The position numbers and the translations under genes were made by a program. DNA of 63,628 nt, the filler included, from Reclinomonas americana ATCC 50394 (lineage: Eukaryota): assembly GCA_048213135.1 (NCBI GenBank). It is 7 parts of 3 records of this genome, joined end to end, with 100 filler letters (N's around TTAATTAATTAA, not from the genome) between each part and the next. Parts side by side here need not be neighbours in the genome. Positions count along the whole stretch, not along the records: positions 22,832 to 35,009 come from PS015366.1; positions 35,110 to 41,478 come from PS015366.1; 5 more parts are not named here. One strand, 5' to 3'. This document shows positions 24,502 through 36,959 of this stretch, piece by piece; the first letter of the stretch is position 1; each line of letters begins with the position of its first letter. The notes under the pieces are model-generated. The model saw nothing but the letters and a program-made list of their open reading frames with translations, was not told the DNA's origin and did not search any database.

Positions 24502-26993
24502 GTTGTGTGTCGTACTANNNNNNNNNNNNNNNNNNNNTGCCTCCTCCACTGCTGCTGCTGAGTGAGGGAGGTGGAGGAGGCCGCGAGCTGAGTAGCTCGG
24601 CAACGGTCAGCAATTCGAGGAGCATGCGATCCATTTGCTGGTGGTGATGATGATGTGGCAGTGTGATTACACTGCACGAGGGTGTTGACTCCGGAGTGCT
24701 CCGCGAGAGACCGAGAAAAGAGTTTTGATTGCTTCGGCGGACAGAGGGACAATTGTCGGTGTGGCGGGTTTGTCGGGTTTGTGTTTTTTTTTTGAGCGTG
24801 TGATTATGAGCGGTCGGAGTTGCGTGCTCTCTCTCTCTTTCTCTATGCTCTGTGTGTCTGCATGGCGGCTCTCGCTTGGTTGTTGTTTTTGTCGGATCTT
24901 GTCGATATGTTGTCTTTCTCTCACACGCACGCTCTCTCTCTCTCCGCCCTTTCGTCTGTGAGTCTGCTGCATCGTGAGTGTTACCTGAAGCATACATGCA
25001 CACATTGGCATCTGCGTGAGATCTTGCTGAATCCGTCTTGTCTTCGTGATCTCTCTCTCTCACCTTCTCTCCCTCCGTCTCTCTTTGCCTTCCATGTGCG
25101 AGTCTGCTGCATCGCGTGAGGGTTACACTATGTGCACCTGAGGCGTGTGAGTGTTCGTCAATTGTGAGAGATCTTGCATGCCTGCATGCGATTGAAATCA
25201 GTCTTGCTTTCGTGATCTCTCTCACCTTCTCTGCCTCGCTCTCCGCCCTTCCGTATGTGAGTCTGCTGCATCCTGAGGGTTACACTGTGTGCACCTGAAG
25301 CATGCAAGTGATTGTCGTTAGCGAGAGATCATGCATGCATGCTCAAATTANNNNNNNNNNNNNNNNNNNNNNNNNNNNNNNNNNNNNNNNNNNNNNNNNN
25401 NNNNNNNNNNNNNNNNNNNNNNNNNNNNNNNNNNNNNNNNNNNNNNNNNNNNNNNNNNNNNNNNNNNNNNNNNNNNNNNNNNNNNNNNNNNNNNNNNNNN
25501 NNNNNNNNNNNNNNNNNNNNNNNNNNNNNNNNNNNNNNNNNNNNNNNNNNNNNNNNNNNNNNNNNNNNNNNNNNNNNNNNNNNNNNNNNNNNNNNNNNNN
25601 NNNNNNNNNNNNNNNNNNNNNNNNNNNNNNNNNNNNNNNNNNNNNNNNNNNNNNNNNNNNNNNNNNNNNNNNNNNNNNNNNNNNNNNNNNNNNNNNNNNN
25701 NNNNNNNNNNNNNNNNNNNNNNNNNNNNNNNNNNNNNNNNNNNNNNNNNNNNNNNNNNNNNNNNNNNNNNNNNNNNNNNNNNNNNNNNNNNNNNNNNNNN
25801 NNNNNNNNNNNNNNNNNNNNNNNNNNNNNNNNNNNNNNNNNNNNNNNNNNNNNNNNNNNNNNNNNNNNNNNNNNNNNNNNNNNNNNNNNNNNNNNNNNNN
25901 NNNNNNNNNNNNNNNNNNNNNNNNNNNNNNNNNNNNNNNNNNNNNTCAGTCTTGGCTGTCGTGATCTCTCTCTCTTCCCTCTTTCCCTTTCTCCTCTCTC
26001 TCTCTCTCTCTCTCCATCTCCCTGCCACATCGCAGCGACAGACGGCTGTGATGCACTCCTCGCTGCTTACCGTCCGTGCACACCACCGATACAAAATAGC
26101 TCCTTTCCAACACCCCTCTCTCCTGCACAGAGAGCTCCCGCNNNNNNNNNNNNNNNNNNNNNNNNNNNNNNNNNNNNNNNNNNNNNNNNNNNNNNNNNNN
26201 NNNNNNNNNNNNNNNNNNNNNNNNNNNNNNNNNNNNNNNNNNNNNNNNNNNNNNNNNNNNNNNNNNNNNNNNNNNNNNNNNNNNNNNNNNNNNNNNNNNN
26301 NNNNNNNNNNNNNNNNNNNNNNNNNNNNNNNNNNNNNNNNNNNNNNNNNNNNNNNNNNNNNNNNNNNNNNNNNNNNNNNNNNNNNNNNNNNNNNNNNNNN
26401 NNNNNNNNNNNNNNNNNNNNNNNNNNNNNNNNNNNNNNNNNNNNNNNNNNNNNNNNNNNNNNNNNNNNNNNNNNNNNNNNNNNNNNNNNNNNNNNNNNNN
26501 NNNNNNNNNNNNNNNNNNNNNNNNNNNNNNNNNNNNNNNNNNNNNNNNNNNNNNNNNNNNNNNNNNNNNNNNNNNNNNNNNNNNNNNNNNNNNNNNNNNN
26601 NNNNNNNNNNNNNNNNNNNNNNNNNNNNNNNNNNNNNNNNNNNNNNNNNNNNNNNNNNNNNNNNNNNNNNNNNNNNNNNNNNNNNNNNNNNNNNNNNNNN
26701 NNNNNNNNNNNNNNNNNNNNNNNNNNNNNNNNNNNNNNNNNNNNNNNNNNNNNNNNNNNNNNNNNNNNNNNNNNNNNNNNNNNNNNNNNNNNNNNNNNNN
26801 NNNNNNNNNNNNNNNNNNNNNNNNNNNNNNNNNNNNNNNNNNNNNNNNNNNNNNNNNNNNNNNNNNNNNNNNNNNNNNNNNNNNNNNNNNNNNNNNNNNN
26901 NNNNNNNNNNNNNNNNNNNNNNNNNNNNNNNNNNNNNNNNNNNNNNNNNNNNNNNNNNNNNNNNNNNNNNNNNNNNNNNNNNNNNNNNNNNNN

Positions 26994-27779
26994 AACCGAC
27001 GTCGCGATCGCGAGGCACTGGAGGACGTGGAGTCCCTTGCATCGGGCTCCGGCTCTTCCTCCTCCTCTGCCGCTGCCGCCGCCGCCGACGGCGACGGCGA
27101 CGACTCGACCTCCAAAGCCTGCGCTCCGATTGTCGACCACGTCCCTGGCACGCGGTCGCGACTGCCGGTGGCGCTCTACGTGGACCAGTGCCGACTGAAC
27201 TGGCCCTCCCGCGGCCAGCACATTCTAGCGCACTACGACGACGAGACGATTGTGGTGTACCAGGCCTACAGCGCCGACATTGGCCGCCACGCCGCGGAGC
27301 ACAAGACGTTCAGCGGGTGCCCGCAGTTCTCGTGGACGCGCATGAGCTGGATCAAGACCAACTTTCTGTGGATGATGTACCGCAGTGGGTGGGGCACCAA
27401 GCAGAACCAGGAGGTGACGCTGGCGATTTGGCTGCGGCGGGCGGCCTTTGACGAAATGGTGCGCAAGGCGGTGCCGTCGTCGTGCCCGGCCGGCATGACG
27501 CGGCAGGAGTGGAAGCAGGCTAGTCGCGACTCCGACGTGTGCCTGCAGTGGGACCCCGACCATTCGCCGACGGGTGAGAAGGTGGAGCGCCGTGCGATTC
27601 AGTTGGGATTGTGTGGGGAGATGCTGCGGTGTTTTGCGCACGAGGACAGCGACTGGGTTGTCGACATTTGCGATATCTCCGAGTTTGTGGAGGAGCAGCG
27701 GAGGGTGGTGGAGGCTGGCGGGATGCGAGAGGTGCTGCAGACGCCGTTGGAGAGGGTGTATGTGGTGGGCACGGAGTGA
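26994..27779 (+). CDS. DUF4291 family protein, 5' end lost in gap, no introns visible
   Basis: HILAHYDDETIVVYQAYS...FSWTRMSWIKTNFLWMMYRSGWGTKQNQEVTLAIWL...VCLQWDPDHSPTGEKVERRAIQLGL. Confidence 0.88.
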   Translation, partial: NRRRDREALEDVESLASGSGSSSSSAAAAAADGDGDDSTSKACAPIVDHVPGTRSRLPVALYVDQCRLNWPSRGQHILAHYDDETIVVYQAYSADIGRHAAEHKTFSGCPQFSWTRMSWIKTNFLWMMYRSGWGTKQNQEVTLAIWLRRAAFDEMVRKAVPSSCPAGMTRQEWKQASRDSDVCLQWDPDHSPTGEKVERRAIQLGLCGEMLRCFAHEDSDWVVDICDISEFVEEQRRVVEAGGMREVLQTPLERVYVVGTE

Positions 27780-27829
27780 ATTTGTGAGGAAGGTGGGTGG
27801 TGAGTGTGGGAGGCACGGGCGTATATTAT

Positions 27830-29529
27830 TTACAGAGCAGCCGAGTGCGCCTCGCCGGTGCCATCATTGTCAGGTAATCTGTCACATGCGTATGCATCAG
27901 CATCATCCGTGTCGTACCCGTCGTGCGTGTCGTGAAGCACCTGCACTGGTGCAACGTCGCATTCAAAATCGTATGACACACATGTGGCTGACCACGTCCC
28001 ATCCGGCCGCATGACTGCCAGGCAGCAAATGCAGTACTCAGCACCGCAACTAGGCTCCTGACATTTCATATGCTTGCAGCCATCCGCGTGCTCTGATTGA
28101 CATCATGGTGAGTGCAAAGTGTGATGAGGGCGTGCCACTTCTTCTTTTCCGTACCTTGGATTCTGTTGCACCGCGGGCACGCTCGCCACGCAGGCACCAA
28201 TGTGTTGATCGACCAGATGCGCTGCGGTCAAGAGACCACATGCATGTTAGTTATCGTAGCAACATGCTTTTGGAGATTTGCTGTGATTTATACAGTACAT
28301 CTAATCTGTGCAGCTGCTGAACTCGTCTGCATTCTTGCACGCACCTTCCATTCCGCCTGCGCAAGCAATTCGTTGGCTCCAACAGTTTCTGACACACAGC
28401 CAGCGTTGCCACAGTCGTCACGGAAGGAGATGTCGTGGATAACTGAGAGTTGCCCCCATCCTCCTCCTGTCTCTGGCCATGGGTATTGCGAAAGATTGGG
28501 GCTATTCCACCGTCCGCCACAGCGCATACAGAATCGAATTCCGCAATCGTCACACTCGACGTCGCACTGAGTGCGTGGTGCTTGGGTGTGCACCCGGTGA
28601 CACTGCGTGGGGAGCGAGCCTTCAGAGCGCAGGAATGCATTCCAAGTGCAGCAGCAACTCGAACATACCGAAGGACACTCCATCACCCTCTGACCGCCAG
28701 ATCTAGATTGCAAGAGATTGCGATTCAGGATGTCCTCATAATCCTCCAGTGTATGTCGCCAGTCTTCCGGCGGTTCACTATCGCATGACAGCCGGATGAT
28801 ATCAAACGGAATCTCTGCCACGAGGAATGAGCATGCAATTGCGCACATGCGCAGTCGATCGCGACTGCAGCAAATGAATAAACCTTGCTTGCAGTGCGTG
28901 GACAAACACTCAAGAATCTCCTGTCTCCCACTTGCAATATGCGTCCTAAGAGTCTCGCGCAGACTGGAACAACAGTGGTGGTCAGCTCATGCAAGTGCAA
29001 CTACTGCGTCGACGTCGTGGCAGATGCGATCTACTGTAGATCTGCGCATGCGCACTCACCATTCCTCGCAGATGCCATGTCCGCAAGGAAGCTGATGACA
29101 GGTCGCAAGTCCCTCGTTCAAGCACGACTGGCACTGCAGATCCCACGGTCGGCAAAAAAGCACCGACGTCGAGTTCATTGGATAACTGAATGTTGGTGAT
29201 ATCCGTCCACCACTGGCTCCATATTCGTAGGCGTACGAGCTAGCGCTCGCCGCCAGCACCGTGAATGTTGTTCCCGCTGGCGCTGTATACGTATGTGTCG
29301 TTTGACTTCCAGATCCAGACCTAGTTCGCGATTCAACAACTGGCGTCGGTGTTGCGTGCGTGTAGATGCCGAGCACCTCGAGGAAAAACATCACAACCCC
29401 GTGCAAAACAAGTGCGACCACCGCGACACCGAGCAGAATAACGGCAATACAAGCAGTAACGCGTACAGGGACACGCGTGTCCCCATTTAGCCCTTGTACC
29501 ATTGAAGTCCACCAGACCTTGAAATCCAT
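27830..29529 (-). CDS. RBR (RING-IBR-RING) E3 ubiquitin ligase with N-terminal hydrophobic segment, copy 1
   Basis: TM-like ACIAVILLGVAVVALVLHGVVMFF; RING1 CQSC...LPCGHGICEEC...CLSTHC; IBR CPS|...VECDDCGIRFCMRC; RING2 ACPRCNRIQEHADGCKHMKCQEPSCGAEYCICC with the catalytic Cys context GCxHMxC. Confidence 0.82.
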
Positions 29530-30056
29530 GACTTCGTGATGCGTTCGTGCGATATCGATGGCAGGTTGTGACAGTGAATACGAATGCACTATGCACGTGC
29601 GTGGAACCGTGGTGGGAAATGGTGTGCTCACCTGCGAGCGAAGAAAAAAGATTGTCTGAATTCTTAAAATTTGTTGTCTTGCGGCCGGATCCGGCACGAC
29701 GTACATGATTCGAACACTTGGCAATCTTACAGAATGTGAAGCTCTCGAGGAAGCAAGCTCACGTTGTAACCTACACAGCAGACACTTTCACCACAAATTC
29801 ACCCATCAAAGGTGCAACAGCACGCTTCCAATTGTATCCAGCGCGTTTCGTTTCCGGCAGAAGGCGACAGGAGAGGAAGCTGATCATGCATGTGAGAGAC
29901 ACTCCACACTGTGCAAATGCTGTCTGCTTCTGACGCAGAAGCACGGGCGTATATTTACAGAGCAACTGGCTGCAAGTGCCGACTTGCTTATGTACATCAA
30001 TCACGTACACACAGCCGTGGCCAACATGCATGGCTCCTCGCGATCGCACATGATTG

Positions 30057-33000
30057 TTAGATTTCGTCCGTGTCGGCGAGCACCTGCACTGGCGCCACGG
30101 TGCACGCAACGGTGTACGACAAGCACGTGGCCGGCCACGTCCCATCCGGCGGCCTGACTGCCAGGCACCGCATGCAGTAATCGGCACCACAACTCGGCTC
30201 TTGGCATTTCATGTGCTTGCAGCTCCTCATGTGCTCTGATTTGATCATGCTGAGTGCCAGTGATGAGGGTGCGCCACAACTTCCTTTCCGTACCTTGGAT
30301 TCTGTTGCACCGCGGACAGGCGCGCCACGCAGGTACCAGGGCATGTTCCTCACTTTCGTGTGGCCAGATCCGCTGTGATCAGAACTGATAAGAAGTCATG
30401 ATGCTTGAGGGAGGCAGCATGCTGGACCCAGAACGCACCTTCCTGTGCGACTGCGCCAACACCTGATTGGCTCCGGCAGTCACCGACATGCAGCCAGCGT
30501 TGCCGCAGTGCTGGGAGAGGTTGACGAACTGGCCCTCACGAACCATTGCCACCACCTCCTGCACACTCCGTGCATTCCATCGGCCGCCACACCGCATGCA
30601 GAAGCGCGTACCGCAGCCCCCGCACGTGCCATCGCGCTGGGAGCGACGTGTCTGCTCGCACAGTCGGTGACACTGCGTAGGAAGTCAGTGCACCTGTGTA
30701 TTTGCTGCGTGAACAACACCATCTCGGACATACCGAAGGACACTCCACCGCCCTACGATCACCGGATTGCAAGAGCCTGCGATTGAGGACGTCCTCGTAG
30801 GCCTCTAACAGCCCTCGCCAGTCTTCCGACGGTGCTCCAGTGCAGGACAGGCGGATGATGTCGTAAGGGATCTCTGCGGCAAGCGAGGATTACAACCATG
30901 CGCATCAATAGATGCACGTACTGCTGTACATGTGACTGCGCGAACCTTGCCGACACCTTGCAGTTGCACATTGAAGAACCTGCTGATTCACATCGCTGAC
31001 ATGCGTCCGAAGAGTGACACGCACACTGAAACAGTTGGTGGATGCAGGCCTAGGTGAGTGGATGCAAATCGCTGTGAACAAAGATCTGCTCACTCACCAC
31101 TCCTCACACATGCCATGCCCGCAAGGAAGCTGGCGACAGGTCGCAAGTCCCACACCCAAGCACGACTGACACTGCAGAGTGCGTTGCACTTCAGGATTCA
31201 GTGGTCTTCCAGGCGCAGCCGCGGCCGCCTGTGACACTTCGATATGAGTCAAACTAAAGATGGTTGGTCGTCGCGCGCAGCACGAACTGCTCGATCTTAG
31301 AAGCCTATGGACACCAATTCCAACGCACCAATACCATCAGTGGCGCGGTCGTCTGCAGTCGAGTCGAGCTCGGACCCGGATGCATGATTACTTCGGGTCC
31401 GAATTTTCGCCTCGTTGGCGGAGAGAAGAATGGCTGGGTCACTCCAAACCCAGTCAGACGAGGATGACGACGAGCCGCCGGAGATCCGCCCCTGCTCCAC
31501 GACGCCCAACACGTGCAACACAACGCCCCCCACAACGCAACACACACGCGCGCGAATGTGTGTGGTGGTGGTGACGAAAGTCGCCGCCCCTGCAGCCTTG
31601 CCAGCAGAAGCAACCGCCGACGCTGGACTATTGCATGCAGGAGTCCCACACGCAACCGCCAGTGTGCACATGGCCGCGACCCCAGGATCCACCTCTGACA
31701 ACTTACCCGCCAAATCTGACCGTTACGCGCTTGACTGCGTTGCAACGGTGCGGTGGACCCCCTCGCCTGTCGCCGACGACGCCTTGCCGAACNNNNNNNN
31801 NNNNNNNNNNNNNNNNNNNNNNNNNNNNNNNNNNNNNNNNNNNNNNNNNNNNNNNNNNNNNNNNNNNNNNNNNNNNNNNNNNNNNNNNNNNNNNNNNNNN
31901 NNNNNNNNNNNNNNNNNNNNNNNNNNNNNNNNNNNNNNNNNNNNNNNNNNNNNNNNNNNNNNNNNNNNNNNNNNNNNNNNNNNNNNNNNNNNNNNNNNNN
32001 NNNNNNNNNNNNNNNNNNNNNNNNNNNNNNNNNNNNNNNNNNNNNNNNNNNNNNNNNNNNNNNNNNNNNNNNNNNNNNNNNNNNNNNNNNNNNNNNNNNN
32101 NNNNNNNNNNNNNNNNNNNNNNNNNNNNNNNNNNNNNNNNNNNNNNNNNNNNNNNNNNNNNNNNNNNNNNNNNNNNNNNNNNNNNNNNNNNNNNNNNNNN
32201 NNNNNNNNNNNNNNNNNNNNNNNNNNNNNNNNNNNNNNNNNNNNNNNNNNNNNNNNNNNNNNNNNNNNNNNNNNNNNNNNNNNNNNNNNNNNNNNNNNNN
32301 NNNNNNNNNNNNNNNNNNNNNNNNNNNNNNNNNNNNNNNNNNNNNNNNNNNNNNNNNNNNNNNNNNNNNNNNNNNNNNNNNNNNNNNNNNNNNNNNNNNN
32401 NNNNNNNNNNNNNNNNNNNNNNNNNNNNNNNNNNNNNNNNNNNNNNNNNNNNNNNNNNNNNNNNNNNNNNNNNNNNNNNNNNNNNNNNNNNNNNNNNNNN
32501 NNNNNNNNNNNNNNNNNNNNNNNNNNNNNNNNNNNNNNNNNNNNNNNNNNNNNNNNNNNNNNNNNNNNNNNNNNNNNNNNNNNNNNNNNNNNNNNNNNNN
32601 NNNNNNNNNNNNNNNNNNNNNNNNNNNNNNNNNNNNNNNNNNNNNNNNNNNNNNNNNNNNNNNNNNNNNNNNNNNNNNNNNNNNNNNNNNNNNNNNNNNN
32701 NNNCTTCTCCGACAAGTCCGCATTCGCGATTGCAAGCACTCCCGAGTTCATGCTGCCGCGGTCAGCAGCGGCTTGATTCCGCCTCATAAGGCTGCTCAAC
32801 GTCGTCCGCGTGGCTGCCGTCCCTGTTGTCGGGAGAGCCGCGTGTGGGGCATCTGCCGACGGCGAGATGGTCTCTGTCATGCGAAGGACGTCTTCAGCTT
32901 CTGCTGGCGCTGGCGCCTGCACCATGGCCAGCCGCTGCGCGCGCAGTGACTGATCCACCAAGAAAAGGAAACCGCACCACAAGTAGTAGAGAGGCTTCCG

Positions 33001-33141
33001 GAGAGTGCGATATGTACAGCGGAAAAGCCACACGGCGATTCGCCATGTGTACACACACGCAAAGTAGCAAAGCCCAAGAGAGACTGCCACGACAACACCA
33101 GCAGAGACAACGTGCCACACACCCAGGATCACAGGATGCAT
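30057..33141 (-). CDS. RBR E3 ubiquitin ligase, copy 2 (spans gap 31793-32703; integrity of the middle uncertain)
   Basis: Hydrophobic N-terminus MHPVILGVWHVVSAGVVVAVSLGLCYFACV; RING1 CQSCLGVGLATCRQLPCGHGMCEE; RING2 ACPRCNRIQEHMRSCKHMKCQEPSCGADYCMRC. DNA is colinear with copy 1. Confidence 0.7.
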
Positions 33142-33419
33142 GACAACAAGACGGGAGTGTGCAGTGGGAGAAGGTCAGCTCACACAAGGAAGAAAGATCG
33201 CTGTTGTCAATTTCCGACAGACCTGTCAGAATCGAACACGCTGCGCGTCGGCGCAGCGTATATAATCAGGCAAGACACTCACTCGTGAAGCACAAAGCCA
33301 CTGCCTACAAAGTCACTCACTATCATGCAGACCAGCGCGCTTCCTGTGACCCGCGCGTATCGTTTTCGGCAAGACGCGACAAGAGTGGGAGTGTGCGAGT
33401 TTATAAGTCTGATTATGAT

Positions 33420-33625
33420 CGCGATCATTCACCGACGAAGGGAGCGCCATGCGATTCAGTGGATTACGTGGGGAGCTCGAGGTGCTGCGGTGTTTTGCAC
33501 ACGAGGACAGCGACTGCAGCTGGATTGTCGATTGCGATATCTCCGATCGCGAAGGGTGAGCGGCGGGAAGCGAGAGTTGCTGCATGCGTAGACGCCATTG
33601 GAGAGGGTGTATGTAGTGGAGTGAT
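33420..33625 (+). pseudogene. Decayed 3' fragment of the DUF4291 gene
   Basis: GATCATTCACCGACG...GCGATTCAGT...TGCTGCGGTGTTTTGCACACGAGGACAGCGACT...GCGATATCTCCGA...GGAGAGGGTGTATGT aligns to 27558-27770 with indels. Confidence 0.8.
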
Positions 33626-33653
33626 ATAGAGGGAGGAAGGCGTGGCGGTACGT

Positions 33654-34436
33654 ACGGCGTATATTTACACAGCAGTCGAGTGCACCCCATCGTGCTGCTC
33701 TCTGCATCCCAGGCAGCGCAGCGCATGCAGAAATCTGCACCGCAGCGCAACTCGGCTCCTGGCGACAAACTGGCCCTCACGAGCCATTGCCACCGCATCC
33801 TGCACACTGCGTGCACTCCATCGACTGCCGCACCACATGCAGAAGCGAGTGCCGCAGCCCACGCACATCCCATCACGCTGCACTGCGTTGTCGTTGAGTC
33901 CAGATATCGTTGCGATCCAGCCGCGCGCCTGCGACGATTGCAAGCATGAGCGGACTAAGGATCTACACGCCTTCGGGTACCAACTCCAACGCACCGCTGC
34001 GGTACCACCATCAATGGCGCAGTCGTCTGTTGATCCGGAATCATAGGTGTACGATCACCTCCGCTTCGAATTCCCGCTGCACCCTCGCGCGCACACCCGA
34101 GTTCATGCGGCCGCGGTCGACCGCGGCAGAGGGCGCACTCCGCTGCACATCAGCAGCACTGCTCGTCATGATCCACGTGGCCGCCGTGCACGGGGCCTCC
34201 ACCAAAACAATGTTGCCGAGCCACAGCAACCCTTGCACCGACCACACGGCAACGTACAACAAGCAAAAGAGCAGCTTGCAGACGGTGCGAAGCACCAAGC
34301 GGACGAGCCACGCGGCAACACGACATGCAAGCACACACGCAAAGTAGCCGACACACAGAACGGCTGCACACGCGACACCAACAGCGACAACATGCCACGC
34401 GCTATAGCTAGCAGAGCTCAGCATCACAGGATACAT
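33654..34436 (-). pseudogene. Internally deleted RBR E3 ligase, copy 3
   Basis: Hydrophobic N-terminus paralogous to copy 2 (MYPVMLSSASYSAWHVVAVGV...DRGRMNSGV) followed by stops. RING1 is absent, and the IBR remnant CVGCGTRFCMWC abuts the RING2 tail CGADFCMRC in another frame. Confidence 0.7.
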
Positions 34437-35191
34437 GATGCAACAGTGGAGTGAGCGAGAAGGTCAGCTCTCTCACGCACACGCACAAAAAAAAGAGTGA
34501 TGCTTTCCGACAATCCAAAAAATGTATAAATAACCTGTCATGCAACTCGAACACGCGGCAGACAAGACACTCTCTCTTCTTGTTGCACATCCGCAAGTCG
34601 CGACCGCTACCAAGTCGACCACCCTTCGTGCATCCAGCGCGCTTCACGTTTTCCGGCAAAGACAAAAGACAGTCGCTGCTCGCTGCCACACATCTGTCCC
34701 ACGCACAAACACACACACACAAAAGCAACAAACAATGATCGACTCGCTGTTTGTCATCTCCACCACGGGGTACGTCTCTCACTAACACACACACACGCAC
34801 GCACTTTATTTCACACACGCGCGTGTTATTGTGCGAGATGGTCATGGACATGCTCTTCTCTCTCTTCTCTCTCACTCTCTCTCTCTCTTGTGTGTGACTG
34901 TTTGCAGTGAGTTGGTGACAGAAAGGCACTGGTTTGGCACGGACCGATCGACGTTCGACTTGTTTTGGGCGGAGGCGGCCTCGTGCCCTGCGCGTGAGGT
35001 AATGAGTGGNNNNNNNNNNNNNNNNNNNNNNNNNNNNNNNNNNNNNNNNNNNNTTAATTAATTAANNNNNNNNNNNNNNNNNNNNNNNNNNNNNNNNNNN
35101 NNNNNNNNNACACTCATATGACACTTCACTCAGTCTGGCACCGGGAGGCAAGTTGCTTTCGTGTACCTACCACCCTGGGGCGGCGCGGTGT

Positions 35192-36537
35192 TCAATACCT
35201 TTGCATCCTCCAGCACAAAACACCGCAGCACGACATCCACAAGGATCCAGTCGCGGTCGTCGTCGTCTTCGGAAACAGCTCGTTGACGGCCTGCACGGCC
35301 AACCGTGCGCCCGCGACCTCCTGCTGGGCGAGCACACACGCAGTGGACCACACTCGTATCGTGCGATCTCCGCCTCCACTCACAATGTGCTGGCCGTCTG
35401 GGGTGACAGCGACAGAATGCACCGCAGAAGTGTGCCCCTCCAGTCGTCGCACCTCTTCGCCACTCGCCAGTGACCACACTCGCACAGACATGTCGCCGCT
35501 GCCACTGACAACAAACTGGCCATCGGGAGTGACGACTACAGAATGCACCGCAGAAGTGTGCCCCTCCAGTCGTCGCACCTCTTCGCCACTCGCCAGTGAC
35601 CACACTCGCACAGTCTTGTCGCAACTGCCACTCACAATGTGCTGACCATCGGGAGTGACGGCGACAGACATCACATCACCAGTGTGTCCCTCGTACCATT
35701 CCACTTCGTCGCCATCTGTCAGTGACCAAAGTCGCACACCTCCAAGGTCGTCTCCACGGACAACGTGCTGACCATCGGGAGTGACGGCGACCGCGAACAC
35801 GGTACGCGAGCGTCCCCAGGTCAGTAGCTCTGTTTCTTCGCCAGTCGCCAGCGACCACACTCGTATTGTTTCGTCATGGGTTCCGCTCACCACGTGCAAA
35901 CCATCGGGAGTGGTGGCAACACAGAACACTCTCCCAATGCATTCGTGCATTCGATGCACTTTCTTGCCAGTCGCCAACGACCACACTCGGACAGTCTGGT
36001 CCGCACTTCCGCTGACCACGTGCTGGCCATCGGGAGTGACGGCGACCGAGTTCACCACATCGTATCCTCTAATCCGTCGCACCTCCTTGCCACNNNNNNN
36101 NNNNNNNNNNNNNNNNNNNNNNNNNNNNNNNNNNNNNNNNNNNNNNNNNNNNNNNNNNNNNNNNNNNNNNNNNNNNNNNNNNNNNNNNNNNNNNNNNNNN
36201 NNNNNNNNNNNNNNNNNNNNNNNNNNNNNNNNNNNNNNNNNNNNNNNNNNNNNNNNNNNNNNNNNNNNNNNNNNNNNNNNNNNNNNNNNNNNNNNNNNNN
36301 NNNNNNNNNNNNNNTCGTCAGCGACCACACACGCACTGTGGCGTCGTAATTGCCGCTGACAATGTGCTGGCCATCGAGAGTGACGGCGACAGACAACACG
36401 ATCGTAAACACATCGTCATCGTCTCCCTTCAGGATCTGCACCACCCGCCAGTAGTGAGATACACCAGAAGCGAAGAAGGGTCACACACACACACAACACA
36501 CGCACGCACACACACACATACACACCTTCGAAAGCAT
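35192..36537 (-). CDS. Stand-alone WD40-repeat protein with NLR-type repeats (gap 36094-36314)
   Basis: At least 7 visible repeats of consensus LEGHTSAVHSVAVTPDGQHIVSGSxDxTVRVWSLASGEEVRR; probable micro-exon MLSK at 36526-36537. Confidence 0.85.
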
Positions 36538-36643
36538 CGTGTCTTTCTCGGCCGTTCTCTCCGTCTCGCGTAGCGTAGCGCAACTCAATCTCCGTCCTAC
36601 CATCGTCCTTCTGACGTTTTCCAACATAACAACTCAACTCCAC

Positions 36644-36892
36644 ATGCTTCGTCGCAAGCCCACCACCATCGAACTGTGCCAGGAGGACGTGGACGAGCTG
36701 GCCGCCGTGGTGGAGGCTCGCCGCTTCACCTCCTTGTCAACTCCCGCCACGGCCACCGCATCACTCGATCACAGTGGCATCGGCACATCACAGGCACCAC
36801 CGCCGCTGTTGCTGTTGCACCGGCTGGAGGCCGACAGAACACGCGCACGCGAGCAGAGGTTAGGCGTCGTGGCGCCGTCGCCTTCCATCTGA
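36644..36892 (+). CDS. CDC26: Anaphase-promoting complex subunit CDC26 (APC12)
   Basis: 82-aa ORF starting MLRRKPTTIELCQEDVDEL (CDC26 signature MLRRKPTxLEL) with REQRLG near the C-terminus. Confidence 0.85.
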   Translation: MLRRKPTTIELCQEDVDELAAVVEARRFTSLSTPATATASLDHSGIGTSQAPPPLLLLHRLEADRTRAREQRLGVVAPSPSI

Positions 36893-36959
36893 GGATGTCG
36901 ATGATGACTACTTTTTCCCGCGCAATGAATGCCTCTCTCTCTATTCACTGCGCAGCTGC

